From: Basidiobolus meristosporus CBS 931.73
Taxonomy: Eukaryota > Fungi > Basidiobolomycota
Reading direction: 5' to 3'
Assembly: GCA_002104905.1 (NCBI GenBank)
Contig: MCFE01000806.1
Coordinates: 1-34,060, forward strand
DNA length: 34,060 bases
Shown here: in pieces, positions 23,315 through 34,060 of the stretch
How the letters are laid out: each line of letters starts with the position of its first letter
Position numbering within the stretch: position 1 is the stretch's first letter
The notes under the pieces: generated by a model
What the model was told of the DNA's origin: nothing
Seen by the model: only the letters and a program-made list of their open reading frames with translations
The model's database searches: none
Program-made: the position numbers and the translations under genes

Positions 23315-24032
23315 GATGGGACATCACCCAGACTATTGGATATTTGGTGACAACTATCTAACAACTAATCATATCCTGAACAACTCCTGGTTGATGATTT
23401 AGATTGCATTGAAGGAGATTTCTTGAGGAAAGATATTTTTCATTTAGTTGTATTTTTGTATGACAGAGTAGCAATACATGGAAGTGCAGAAATAATCTAC
23501 CATGCACCCTCTACAACTGAAGCACAGTAGATTGCTACTAGTCAAGCAACCACAAAGGCAATATAGCTACAATTATGATCCAGACATTAGGGCTACAACA
23601 CTTGCAAGCCAAACTATATTTACAATTATAGCTAAGTTGCATTCATTTCTTCAAGCCTTGTTAATCATATTTTCATTAAGAGTATCAACATGTAACATTG
23701 CTCTATCAGTATGTTCAGAGAAAATTACTTTGCAGACGTTGAGTATTGCTCAGCCAACAAATGAGTATAAAGTATCTCAGGATTCATCAGCTATGTTGCA
23801 AATGGAACTCTGAATAAAATTTAAGGACTAGGCAAATATTATTATTGATGGAAGTGTTGAAACATCATACTATTTGGTAGCATTCTGCTACTAAAAGTTT
23901 GGTCAACAAATCTTGTGTTGTCTTAGTCACAGCTATGTGATTTGTTGCTATGACCATCCCATATCCATCAAAACTTGCAGTGCTGAATTGGTAGTCACTT
24001 TGCTACACTAACTGGCCTTAAACCCCTACCAC

Positions 24033-24955
24033 TGTTATGATCTACTGCTTGAATATTCAAGTTAGATCTGTGTCTAGTCAAGTCAATTAGTTCTATGCAA
24101 GCCTATCAGTAGGGTAATGCTATTTATCAAAGGAGTAGTGCTGGCCAGCAAATGAATCAGCAGATCCTAATCAGATCAAAATATATATAGTAAGAAACAT
24201 GTACTGCAATCAAATGAATCATCAGCCACAACATACATTAGGAAATACAATTAGTCAGCAATTGATCTGGCAAAATGTATATAAGGAGCTGCTGGAATCT
24301 TAATAAAAATCAGTTCAAGTCTTAGTGACTACAATGCTAACTGAATCCCTATTCCTCTACAACTCTTATATCAAGACTGGTAACATTGGTAGCAGCAACT
24401 ACCAGAAACCTCTCTCCTGAGGAAAGAAGAAGCTTCCCTTAACATGTTAGAAAATCAAGAGTTGAAAGATGCTATGCAGTAAATCCAGGCCCAACAGCAT
24501 CAGCTAATCCAGATCCTCAGCCAGCAGAAACAGGGAATGACTACCAATGCCCAGAGCCAGGAAAGCCCTGGCCAAAACAACTCTAGTGTGCGGGTCAACC
24601 AGTATCATGATAAATTCAATGAGAATCTGGAAACCTGGCTCTTTCAGATTGAAGAAGCTTTTAAGGCTACAGGAACTGCGTCAGAAAGCAAGTTGCATTG
24701 TGCAGCCTCTTTGCAGATGCAGCTCTATAGTGTTACCACAATAAGATCAGGTCAGCCACCATGATTGGTGCACTACAATCTCTACATGGGATGGGTTTGT
24801 GTCAAGAATTCAGGATGCTTTTGAACCTCCACACCAGTAGATACTACTAAGAAGAAAGATGATGACACTCACATCAAAAGGTATGGTTCAAGAATACATC
24901 AATGAGTATAGATGTCTACTTGGATAAATTGAAAGAATGGACCTCATGGACTAAG
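24033..24955 (+). mobile_element. Older gypsy family E copy (E0): LTR 24033-24385, PBS 24387-24397, gag remnant cut by a copia D LTR
   Basis: Colinear with 30361-31300; TGTTATGATC...[31 protein letters not shown]. Confidence 0.92.
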
Positions 24956-25023
24956 TGTTGAAATACTGAATTATTTTGTATCAGTCAGCAGCTAGGAATC
25001 TACTTGACAGTTCTGGACTAGTC
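24956..25023 (+). repeat. First 68 bp of an older family D LTR (D0)
   Basis: TGTTGAAATACTG...TTCTGGACTAGTC, a diverged match to the start of 25994-26361. Confidence 0.88.
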
Positions 25024-25913
25024 TGTAGCAATTTAAGAAGTGATTTGGATATAAGCAACTTATCAAGAATAGTGAAAATAGTTGAACTGTTGTTTATTCA
25101 TAAAGAAGCTCAGTATTTATACCTTTGTATAAGTAATACAGCTGTAACACTAAGTAAGGAGGGTTTCTCAATATTCAAGAGCATTCTGTAACAGTTTCAG
25201 GGTTAGTACATAATGTTTAGTAATAGTGCTAATTTGATCCTGACTATACGGGATCAATCATAGGATCATAGATCTGAAGAAAGTGGCAACGTTACAGCTA
25301 TAAATTAGTGTCACAGTGACCAATACTAGTCCAGAATTGTTGAGTAAATTTTTAGCTGCTGAATGATACAAAATAGGCCAATATTTCAGCACCCCTCCTC
25401 AGTCAAATAATTTCATAATCCCAATTCCTCCCTAAGATTCTCAAATTGTGGCCTAGATAGTGGTTTTGTCAATATATCTGCCACCATTTTGTTAGTTTGG
25501 CAGTACACTAGCTCTACTAAGTTATTTTCTACAGCTTCCCTCACAATTTAATGCTGTGTATCATTGTGCTTAGTTCTTGAATATATTAGTAGGATTTCTA
25601 GCTAATGAAATACAACTTTGATTATCCCTGTCAATATATGTTGCTTCATCTGAATTAAATCCTAAGTCTTTGAATAGCTTTTGTAACCATATAGCCTCCT
25701 TAACTGCTTGACATGCAGCCATATATTCAGCTTCAGCTGTAGATAGGGCCACAGTTGGTTGTTTCTTGCAATTTCAAGTAATAGCTGCACCAGCATAAAG
25801 AAATACATATCCTGTGGTAGAGCATTTGTCAATCAGATCCCTACCCCAATCTCAATCACTATAGTCATCAAACTTTTGCTGATTAGCTGCTCCAGAGCAT
25901 TCCAGTACCATAT
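25024..25913 (-). repeat. Inverted duplicate of D RNase H region plus complete 3' LTR (25024-25391) and PPT (25392-25400)
   Basis: About 98% identical to 29650-30171; shares its inactivating mutations; identical 60-aa ORFs at 25570-25752 and 29811-29993. Confidence 0.95.
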
Positions 25914-25993
25914 AGGGAAAAATCATATGATCATAGATCTGAAGAAAGTTGCAAAGTTTGGGCTACACATTAGTCCTACAGTGACCAAGACTA
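25914..25993 (-). repeat. Continuation of the D0 LTR, inverted
   Basis: Reverse complement begins TAGTCTTGGTCACTGT and follows the D LTR to about nt 145. Confidence 0.85.
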
Positions 25994-26361
25994 TGTTGAA
26001 ATACTGGACTATTTTGTATCATTCAGCCGCTAAAAATTTACTCAACAATTCTGGACTAGTATTGGTCACTGTGACACTAATTTACAGCTGTAACTTTGCC
26101 ACTTTCTTCAGATCTATGATCCTATCCTTAATCCCTTATAGTCAGGATCAAATTAGCACTATTACTAAACATTATGTACTAACCCTGAAACTGTTACAGA
26201 AAGCTCCTGAATAATGAGAAACCCTCCTTACTTAGTGTTACAGCTGTATTACTTCTACAAATGTATAAATACTGAGCTTCTTTATGAATAAACAACTGTT
26301 CAACTATTATCACTATTCTTGATAAGCTCCTTATATCCAAATCCTTTCTTAAATTGCAACA
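25994..26361 (+). repeat. 5' LTR of D (368 bp)
   Basis: TGTTGAAA...TTGCAACA with TATAAA and AATAAA. Confidence 0.95.
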
Positions 26362-26375
26362 GGTTATGAGCCCTG
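26362..26375 (+). promoter_or_regulatory. PBS of D, GGTTATGAGCCCTG
   Basis: 14-nt complement of CAGGGCUCAUAACC, as in yeast initiator tRNA-Met. Confidence 0.85.
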
Positions 26376-26397
26376 ATTGCCTTAATCTATCCTAAAG

Positions 26398-29300
26398 ATA
26401 GCTTCTACCAGCAAACAGAACCACGCACACATCTTCCCTGTAAAGGAGAGATTTAATTGGAAGAACTACAGACTTTGGAGAATCAAGATGCAGATCCACC
26501 TTGAAGAAAGGAAGCTTTGGAATATATCAACAGGAAAAGAAGTTGAGCCCAAACAAAAAGCAGAAGAAGTGGAGAAGTTTCAAGAGAAGGAGAGAATGGC
26601 CATCAATGCCATATGTATCAATGTGCAAGATTTCTTCATTGGGCAAATCCATGCCCCAAATACTGCCAAAGCAGCATCAGGATCTTTAGAGAAGGCAATT
26701 AGAGCCAAGTCAGTATCAAGCAAGCTTTATTTACAACAAAAACTCTTCAACATGAGGAAGTAGCCAGATGATGACATTCTACAACTCATTACCAGAATGG
26801 AGACACTTGCAGAAAAGCTTTATAATATTAATGCTGGTGTAGATGATGAAGGAAAAGTACTCTGTTGGCCTTGCAGTCTACCAGACAAGTGTCAGCCACT
26901 CATACTTTCTTTTGAAAGCAGAGAAGATAATTTGACTGTAGACTATGTCAAATGAAGACTTTTCCATGAGAAACTCAGACGTAATGATCAAGCAGAGAAA
27001 ATTGAAGATAATGCTTTATCCAGTTCAGAAAGGCACTCAGAAAAGAAGGGAAAGCAACAAAACCAAAGCAAATCTGGCTGCTGTAACTACTGTGAAAAGT
27101 CAGGACACTGGGCAAGAGAATGCAAGAAGAAACAAGCCAACAAAAAAGAGAAACTAGAGCAAGCAAGCCATTTAGCTACTGAAGAACAGTTATTTGCAAC
27201 TGTACAAGAGCGTGCAAGTAACCAAAGTAATGAATTGTATACTGACTCTGGAGCATCACAGCATAGTTGTGGTACAATGGAGTGGTTCAGTAACATAAAG
27301 ACTATTCCTGTAAGAAGGGTTTATCTGGGAGATAACTCTGCTCTGGAAGCTGTTGCCAGTAGGTCTATACAACTAAATATGAGCAATAGCTCAGGGGCAA
27401 CAATAGCAAGACTGACTGATGTACTCTCAATACCTGGAATAGCTAAGAACCTACTCGGGCAGTAAAGCAACTGCTCAGGGACTGAAATTTGTTTTTTCTA
27501 AGATATGCTGCTCAATTTTGAGTGAAAATGGGCAATAATAAGCTTTGGGAATCAGAGATCACAATATATGCAAGTTATAATGCAACATCATTAAACCTGA
27601 GTATGTCTGCATTACTGAAACTGATGAAACCAACAGATAGATGTGGCATAGGAGGCTAGGACACATTGGGGAACAGAGAATGGGCCAATTGATGAAAAAT
27701 CAGCTTGTTTTGGGCCCAAAATGCTCAGTTCCAATGAAGTTGAATGTTTGCAAGGGATGTTCATATGGCAAGCAAGCTAGGCAATGTTTCAAGAGCTCAG
27801 AAGGCCCCAATACCACCAAAAGATTAGCTATTGAACGCACAGACATATATGGCCCCATGAGAACACTTTCCTTTGGAGCCAATAGATACTTTATGACTTT
27901 ATTGATGACACAATAGGATATACATGAGTTCACTTTCTCAGAACAAAGGATGAAGCTTTAGAGATGCTTAAGCACTTCAAGAACATGGCAGAAACACAAA
28001 CTGGGTGTATATTGAAGGTACTACAAAGTGACAATTGAGGAGAATACCCTTCAAAAGAGTTTGCAAAATACTGCTTGTATACTGGTATACTTCAACAGAC
28101 CACAGTTCCTCATACTCCACAACACAATGGAGTAGCAGAATATGCAAGTAGAACAATAGTAGAGATGGGAAGATCCATTCTATGTTGTCAGGGAATGGAC
28201 TACAAGCTGTGGGCTGAATCTGTCGTTACCACAGTATACATCAAAAAAAAATGCCCAGCAATGGCACTACATGATTCTACACCCTTTGAAGCATATACAG
28301 GCAAAGGACCAGATCTCCAGCACCTGATGATCATTGGTAGTGATGGTTTTTATGACATCCCTGCAACAAATGCTCAAAGTGGGAACCAACGATTGGGAAA
28401 GGGATCTTTCTTGGGTATTGTGAGGATATTAAAGGGTATAGAGCTTATGATGGCAAAATTCAGAAGCTGATCAAGATCAGGGATGATGTATTTGAGGAGG
28501 ATTCAGATTACAAAGCCACTGAAATAAATGGCCAGCTACCTGATGATGCAATCACCACTAACAAAGAAGATATTTACCTGATTCAGCCAGATATGGATGA
28601 TAATTCTACCAGTTCCAGATCAGAGCAGATTATCTCAGTTAGGAGATTTACCAGAATAAGAAATGACCCTAGATCCTGGTCTCAGACATCCAATGATCAT
28701 GAAGAAGCTTATCTTGCCTTATGTGCCAAAGCTCAGAATTTGGGTCTACAAGATCAGGATAACCTCAAATGGTGCCGTTGATAAGTATAAGGCTAGATTG
28801 GTTGCTGAGTACTATTCCCAGATCCAGGGACCAGACTTAAAGGAAACATTTGCTCTGGTTGCCAAGTTTAACTCTATTAGGACAGTTCTAGCCCTGGAAG
28901 ATGCACACAGTCTAGATCTACACCAAATGGATGTCAAAACAGCCTTTCTAAATGCGGATTTGCAAGAAACTATATATATGGAGCAACCAGAAGGTTTTAC
29001 CAATCAAAAAGACCTCCATAAGGTGTGAAGCTTAGAAAATTGTTGTATGGGCTTAAGCAGACACCTAGAGTGTGGTATAACAAAATTGACACATATTTAG
29101 AGGAAATGGGGTTCTCTTGTAGCACTGCAGATCACAGTATAATTGTGAAACAGCTCAAACAGGGTGTGATCATCCTAGTTCTTTATGAGGATGATCTAAT
29201 CATAGCTACAAGTGACTAAGAGGCACTTAAACAGACAAAATCTGATTTGTTCCGCAAGTCTGATATGAAAGATCTTGGAAAATTGAGCTATTTTCTTGAA

Positions 29301-30150
29301 ATTGAAGTCAAAATTGACCTACCTACGCAGATGCATGTGCTGAATCAGTCTAAGTACATCAGGGACATTCTTAGATGCTTCAAAATGTAAAATTGCAAGC
29401 ATGCAGCCACCCTAGTGGACAGCAACCTGAAATAAAGCAAATCTCAGCCAATTATAGATGAAAACAGCTCAAATATTGACCAATACTTTCCCTATCAATT
29501 ATTAGTTATTTGTATAGTGTACTTGATGGTCTCTACACATCCAGATATTACAGTGGTGGCTGGAGTAGTCAGTCAATTCATGCAGAATTATGGATCAGAT
29601 CAAGTAGCAGTAGTTAAACAGATTTTGAAAAATCTACAAGGTACCATAAATATGGTACTTGAATGCTCTGGAGCAGCTAATAGGCAAAAGTTTGATGGCT
29701 ATAGTGATTGAGATTGGGGTAGGGATCTGATTGACAAATGCTCTACCACAGGATATGTATTTCTTTATGCTGGTGCAGCTATTACTTGAAATTGCAAGAT
29801 ACAACCAACTGTGGCCCTATCTACAGCTGAAGCTGAATATATGGCTGCATGTCAAGCAGTTAAGGAGGCTATATGGTTACAAAAGCTATTCAAAGACTTA
29901 GGATTTAATTCAGATGAAGCAACATATATTGACAGGGATAATCAAAGTTGTATTTCATTAGCTAGAAATCCTACTAATATATTCAAGAACTAAGCACAAT
30001 GATACACAGCATTAAATTGTGAGGGAAGCTGTAGAAAATAACTTAGTAGAGCTAGTGTACTGCCAAACTAACAAAATGGTGGCAGATATATTGACAAAAC
30101 CACTATCTAGGCCACAATTTGAGAATCTTAGGGAGGAATTGGGATTATGA
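26398..30150 (+). pseudogene. gag-pol: copia gag-pol of D, many stops, deletion at RT N-terminus
   Basis: NYRLWRIKMQIHLEERKLWNI, YTDSGASQH, MWHRRLGHIG, PQHNGVAE, YKARLVA, DVKTAFLNADL, ALSTAEAEY. Confidence 0.92.
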
Positions 30151-30171
30151 AATTATTTTGTTGAGGAGGGG

Positions 30172-30360
30172 TGTTGAAATATTGGCCTATTTTGTATCAT
30201 TCAGCAGCTAAAAATTTACTCAACAATTCTGGACTAGTATTGGTCACTGTGGCACTAATTTACAGCTGTAACTTTGCCACTTTCTTCAGATCTATGATCC
30301 TATGATTAATCCCTTATAGTCAGGATCAAATTAGCACTATTACTAAACATTATGTACTAA
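30172..30360 (+). repeat. Partial 3' LTR of D
   Basis: First 189 bp of the D LTR, broken after GTACTAA by the E LTR. Confidence 0.93.
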
Positions 30361-30728
30361 TGTTATGATCTGCCGCTTGAATGTTTAAGTTAGATCAGTT
30401 TTTAGCCAAATCAGTTAGTATATGTTTAGGTTATCAGTACATCAGTATTATCTATGAAATCAGTAGCATCAGTCAGCAAGTGAATCAGCAGATCCTTATC
30501 AGACAGAAATAGATATATTAAGTAGGATCTTATTGGGTGATGATGATGCAATCAAATGAGTCATCAGCCACAACCTACATTAGGAAATACAATTAGTCAG
30601 CAATTGATCTGGCAAAATGTATATAAGGAGCTGCTGGAACCTCAATAAAAATCAGTTCAAGTTTTAGTGAATACAATACTAGCTAAACTCCCTATTCCTC
30701 TACAACTCTTATACCAAGACTTGTAACA
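30361..30728 (+). repeat. 5' LTR of E (368 bp)
   Basis: TGTTATG...TGTAACA; homologous to 16731-17099 and 24033-24385. Confidence 0.95.
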
Positions 30729-30729
30729 T

Positions 30730-30740
30730 TGGTAGCAGCG
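30730..30740 (+). promoter_or_regulatory. PBS of E, TGGTAGCAGCG
   Basis: 1 nt after the LTR; resembles the complement of initiator tRNA-Met 3' ends (...GCUACCA). Confidence 0.75.
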
Positions 30741-30786
30741 ATAACCAGAAACCTCCCTCCTGAAGAAAGAAGAAACCACCCTCAAG

Positions 30787-33174
30787 ATGTCGGACAATCA
30801 AGAATGGAAGAATGCCATGCAGCAAATCCTGACCCAACAGCAACAGCTACTCCAGATCCTCAGCCAACAGCAACAAGGAATGACTACCATGGCTCAGAGC
30901 CAGCAAAGCCCTGTCAAGAGCAACTTTAGTGTGAAGGTCAACCGGTACCATGGCAGAGTCAATGAAAACCTGGGAACTTGGCTCTTTCAGATTGAAGAAG
31001 CTTTTAAAGCTAAAGGAATTGCTCCAGAGAGCAAGTTGCATTATGCAGCTTCTTACCTGGCAGATGCAGCTTTACAGTGGTACCACAACAAGATCAGGTC
31101 AGCTACTATGATGGGATGCTCTACAATCTCTACCTGGGATGAGTTTGTGTCGGAAATTCAGGATGCTTTTGAACCTCCACACCAGCAGACACTACTAAGA
31201 AGGAAGTTAAAGACACTCAGACAGAAAGGAATGGTGCAAGAATACATCTATGAGTACAGATGTCTACTTGGACAAATTGAAAGAATGGACCCCTTGGATC
31301 AAGTTGAATACTTTATTGATGGGTTGAAAGAAAGAACTCGCAAGGAAGTCAATTACCGAAGACCTCAGACTATTGAAGAAGCCATCAAGATTGCCATTGA
31401 CTATGACTCAGCTATGTTTGGAGTTGGGAAGCCTACAGTGACTAGTCAGAAAGGCTATAATCATTATGAAAGAAGACAATCAGAAGCAGTACCAATGGAA
31501 ATAGACGCTATGCAGAAGAATCCCTCCTCAGAAGAATGCAAGAAGAGAGGACTTTGCTTCAATTGCCACCAGCAGGGACATATTGCAAAGTACTGCCCTC
31601 AGAGAAGAAATGGACACCAGCCAACAAGAACCTTCAACCATATTGAGTCCCATGAACACAGTGATGTGGAAGATGAGCTTGAAGAAGACTCGGAACTCAC
31701 CTTCCATATGACAGAAGAGTACTTGTCCCAAATGACTTCAAACTCAGGGAAGTTATTGTACCTGAATGGAGCAATCAATGGAGTACCTGCCAAGATCATG
31801 ATTGACTCAGGAGCATCGCATGAGTACATGTCAGAGCAATTTGCTTTGAAAGCTGGAATCAACTCGGAACCTACCAAATCAACTTCAGTCTCCACAGCTG
31901 ATGGGAACTCCCACATAATCAACCGTATTACCCAGCCAGTAAGAATGAAGATCAATGACTATGAAGAAGACCTACAGGCTTATATATTTGGGAACTGCAA
32001 GTTTGACCTTGTACTTGGGAAAACCTGGCTATTTTGTCGTAATCCATCAATCAACTGGAGAACCCATGCTACTCAGATCCAAAAAGACAACAAGACCTAT
32101 GAGCTATTACCTGCCAGGCTGGATTTCAACTTGGTCAATTCCAGTGTGTGTGAGACAAGTGAACTTAGCAAGACCCAGTTCTGTAGAGCACTTAGAAAAG
32201 GTACCCAGATGTTCCTCATGGCGGTATTACAGGAGGATTCCTCTATCCCAGCACCCCAGCAGGTCCAGACTCTCTTGAAGAAATATTCAGACGTGTTTCC
32301 AGATGAGCTTGTAAGCCTACCACCAGTCAGAGACGTGGATCATGCCATTGACACAGGAGATAGCCCTCCAGTGAGCAAGACACCTTACAGAATGAGTCCA
32401 TTGGAATTGGAGGAAATGAAGAAACAAATTGATCAGCTATTGGAGCAAGGATACATCAGGCCCAGCAAGTCACCTTGGGGAGCACCAGTGCTTTTTGTGA
32501 AAAAGAAGGATGGAACACTTAGGATGTGCATTGACTACAGAGCCCTGAACTCAGTTACCGTCAAGAATAAGTACCCCATACCTCGGATTGATGAGCTTTT
32601 GGACCAACTTAATGGAGCCACTATTTTCAGCAAGATTGACCTCATGTCAGGATACAACCAGATTAGGGTGAAACCAGAAGATATCCCTAAGACAGCATTC
32701 AGGACCAGATATGGACATTACGAGTACTTAGTCATGAGTTTTGGCCTCACTAATGCCCCTGCAACATTCATGACGCTGATGCAGACTGTCTTTCAGGAGT
32801 ACTTAGACAAGTTTGTGATAATCTACCTGGATGACATATTGATATACAGCAAGACAGAAAAGGATCACATGGTGCACATTGAAAAGGTCTTGAAGAAACT
32901 AAGAGAGAACAAGCTATACGGCAAGCTAGCCAAGTGTGAATTCTTCAAGGAACACGTAGAATATCTGGGACACATAGTGACTAGCACAGGAGTAACCTTA
33001 GACCCCAAGAAGGTGGAAGTAATCAAGAATTTGAAGCAGCCCCATAGCATATCAGAACTCAGATCCTTCCTTGGAATGGTTTCCTATTATCGGAGATTTG
33101 TCAAGTCATTTGCAAGTATTGCAGCCCCTTTAACTGATATCCTCAAGAAAGACAATACCTACAAGTGGACATAG
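30787..33174 (+). CDS. gag-pol: Ty3/gypsy Gag-protease-RT polyprotein (795 aa open, ends at a frameshift before RNase H)
   Basis: [70 protein letters not shown]. Confidence 0.95.
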   Translation: MSDNQEWKNAMQQILTQQQQLLQILSQQQQGMTTMAQSQQSPVKSNFSVKVNRYHGRVNENLGTWLFQIEEAFKAKGIAPESKLHYAASYLADAALQWYHNKIRSATMMGCSTISTWDEFVSEIQDAFEPPHQQTLLRRKLKTLRQKGMVQEYIYEYRCLLGQIERMDPLDQVEYFIDGLKERTRKEVNYRRPQTIEEAIKIAIDYDSAMFGVGKPTVTSQKGYNHYERRQSEAVPMEIDAMQKNPSSEECKKRGLCFNCHQQGHIAKYCPQRRNGHQPTRTFNHIESHEHSDVEDELEEDSELTFHMTEEYLSQMTSNSGKLLYLNGAINGVPAKIMIDSGASHEYMSEQFALKAGINSEPTKSTSVSTADGNSHIINRITQPVRMKINDYEEDLQAYIFGNCKFDLVLGKTWLFCRNPSINWRTHATQIQKDNKTYELLPARLDFNLVNSSVCETSELSKTQFCRALRKGTQMFLMAVLQEDSSIPAPQQVQTLLKKYSDVFPDELVSLPPVRDVDHAIDTGDSPPVSKTPYRMSPLELEEMKKQIDQLLEQGYIRPSKSPWGAPVLFVKKKDGTLRMCIDYRALNSVTVKNKYPIPRIDELLDQLNGATIFSKIDLMSGYNQIRVKPEDIPKTAFRTRYGHYEYLVMSFGLTNAPATFMTLMQTVFQEYLDKFVIIYLDDILIYSKTEKDHMVHIEKVLKKLRENKLYGKLAKCEFFKEHVEYLGHIVTSTGVTLDPKKVEVIKNLKQPHSISELRSFLGMVSYYRRFVKSFASIAAPLTDILKKDNTYKWT

Positions 33175-34060
33175 CTTGTGAGACTGCCTTCCAGACACTA
33201 AAGAATGAACTTGCTAAGCTGCCAAGCTTAAGAATACCAGACTTCAGAAAAGAGTTCACTCTGTGCACAGATGCTTCAGATTATGCAATTGGTGGAGTGC
33301 TGAGCCAAAGAACACGAGGAAAGACTACCCTGTTGCCTTTGAATCCAAGAAACTGAACTCAGCAGAACAAAACTATCCAGTTCATGAGAAGGAGATGCTT
33401 GCTATAATACACTGTTTGAAGACATGGAGATGCTATATTGAAGGAGTCAAATGCACTGTGAAGACTGATCATGCCTCCCTCAAGTATATATTTACTCAGA
33501 AGGTACTCTCTAGAAGAATGACAAGATGGAGTGAATACATTCAGCAATTTGACCTGGAAGATTGTCTACTGTCCTGGAAAAAACAACACGGTTGCTGATG
33601 CCTTATCAAGATTAGATCAAGTTGCACAACTCAACTTGGTGCATGAATCAGATTGGCCTAGCCTATTACCAAAGTACTTGGAGGACCAAGCCATTCCTAA
33701 TGAGGTGGATGAAGATATCAAGAAGATAATCCGTGATGAAGGCCAGCAAATTTGTTGTACAGAATGAAACACTCTACCAAATTTGTTGATGGAAGCCCTA
33801 TTGCCTATTGTCCTTATGTTGCTGCCTGGATTTAATACATAAGCTACACAATGGATATGGACATCTTGGATTGAAGGAACTATAGCCTTGTGAAAGCCAG
33901 AGCATGGTGGCCAGAATGAAACAAGACATTGAGAAGCTAGTAAAAACATGCCCAAACTGCCAAATCAATCAAGGCCAGCCACAAAGAATTGCCGAACTCT
34001 TCCCTTTGGAGCCTGTAAGACCATTTGAGAGATGGGGAATTGACTTTATTGGAAGACTGC
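33165..34060 (+). pseudogene. pol: RNase H and start of integrase of E, frameshifted
   Basis: TDASDYAIGGVL, EKEMLAI, TDHASL, NTVADALSR, WWP.MK.DI...VKTCPNCQ, PFERWGIDFIG. Confidence 0.92.

Larger units (their letters stand above)
25994..30360 (+). mobile_element. Ty1/copia family D element, decayed; 3' LTR interrupted by gypsy E
   Basis: 5' LTR 25994-26361, PBS, gag-pol remnants, PPT GAGGAGGGG 30163-30171, partial 3' LTR 30172-30360. Confidence 0.94.
30361..34060 (+). mobile_element. Ty3/gypsy element E, youngest in window, runs off right edge
   Basis: LTR, PBS, gag-PR-RT-RH-IN order. Confidence 0.96.

Noticed and set aside
23500-23900. LRIHQ...KWNSE resembling the hAT transposase TRWNS motif
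   Set aside because: Requires frameshifts; no other hAT motif or TIR convincingly found.
25994-30728. D and E LTRs are both 368 bp
   Set aside because: No sequence similarity between them; coincidence.

Overview
Eukaryotic, AT-rich, strongly CpG-depleted repeat DNA made almost entirely of nested transposons. I recognise no host gene, rRNA, tRNA or CRISPR array. A fungal host is inferred from the primer-binding sites. Positions 1-11927 hold one Ty1/copia element (A) split by two full-length copies of its own family (B 618-5287, C 5680-10226), each with a 5-bp target-site duplication. Positions 11.9-15.8 kb hold a diverged 1.07-kb-period repeat, an LTR-like family (F) and a 585-bp fold-back with a perfect 104-bp stem. 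At 15.85-21.57 kb an old minus-strand A-like copia carries a gypsy solo LTR and a piggyBac-like transposon, which in turn carries a second F copy. At 24.0-34.06 kb a gypsy family (E) and a second copia family (D) alternate in nesting, include a hairpin-anchored inverted duplication, and end in a nearly intact Ty3/gypsy element running off the window. The best observations are rearrangement footprints rather than a new gene system. Family labels A-F are my own, and identities are hand counts.
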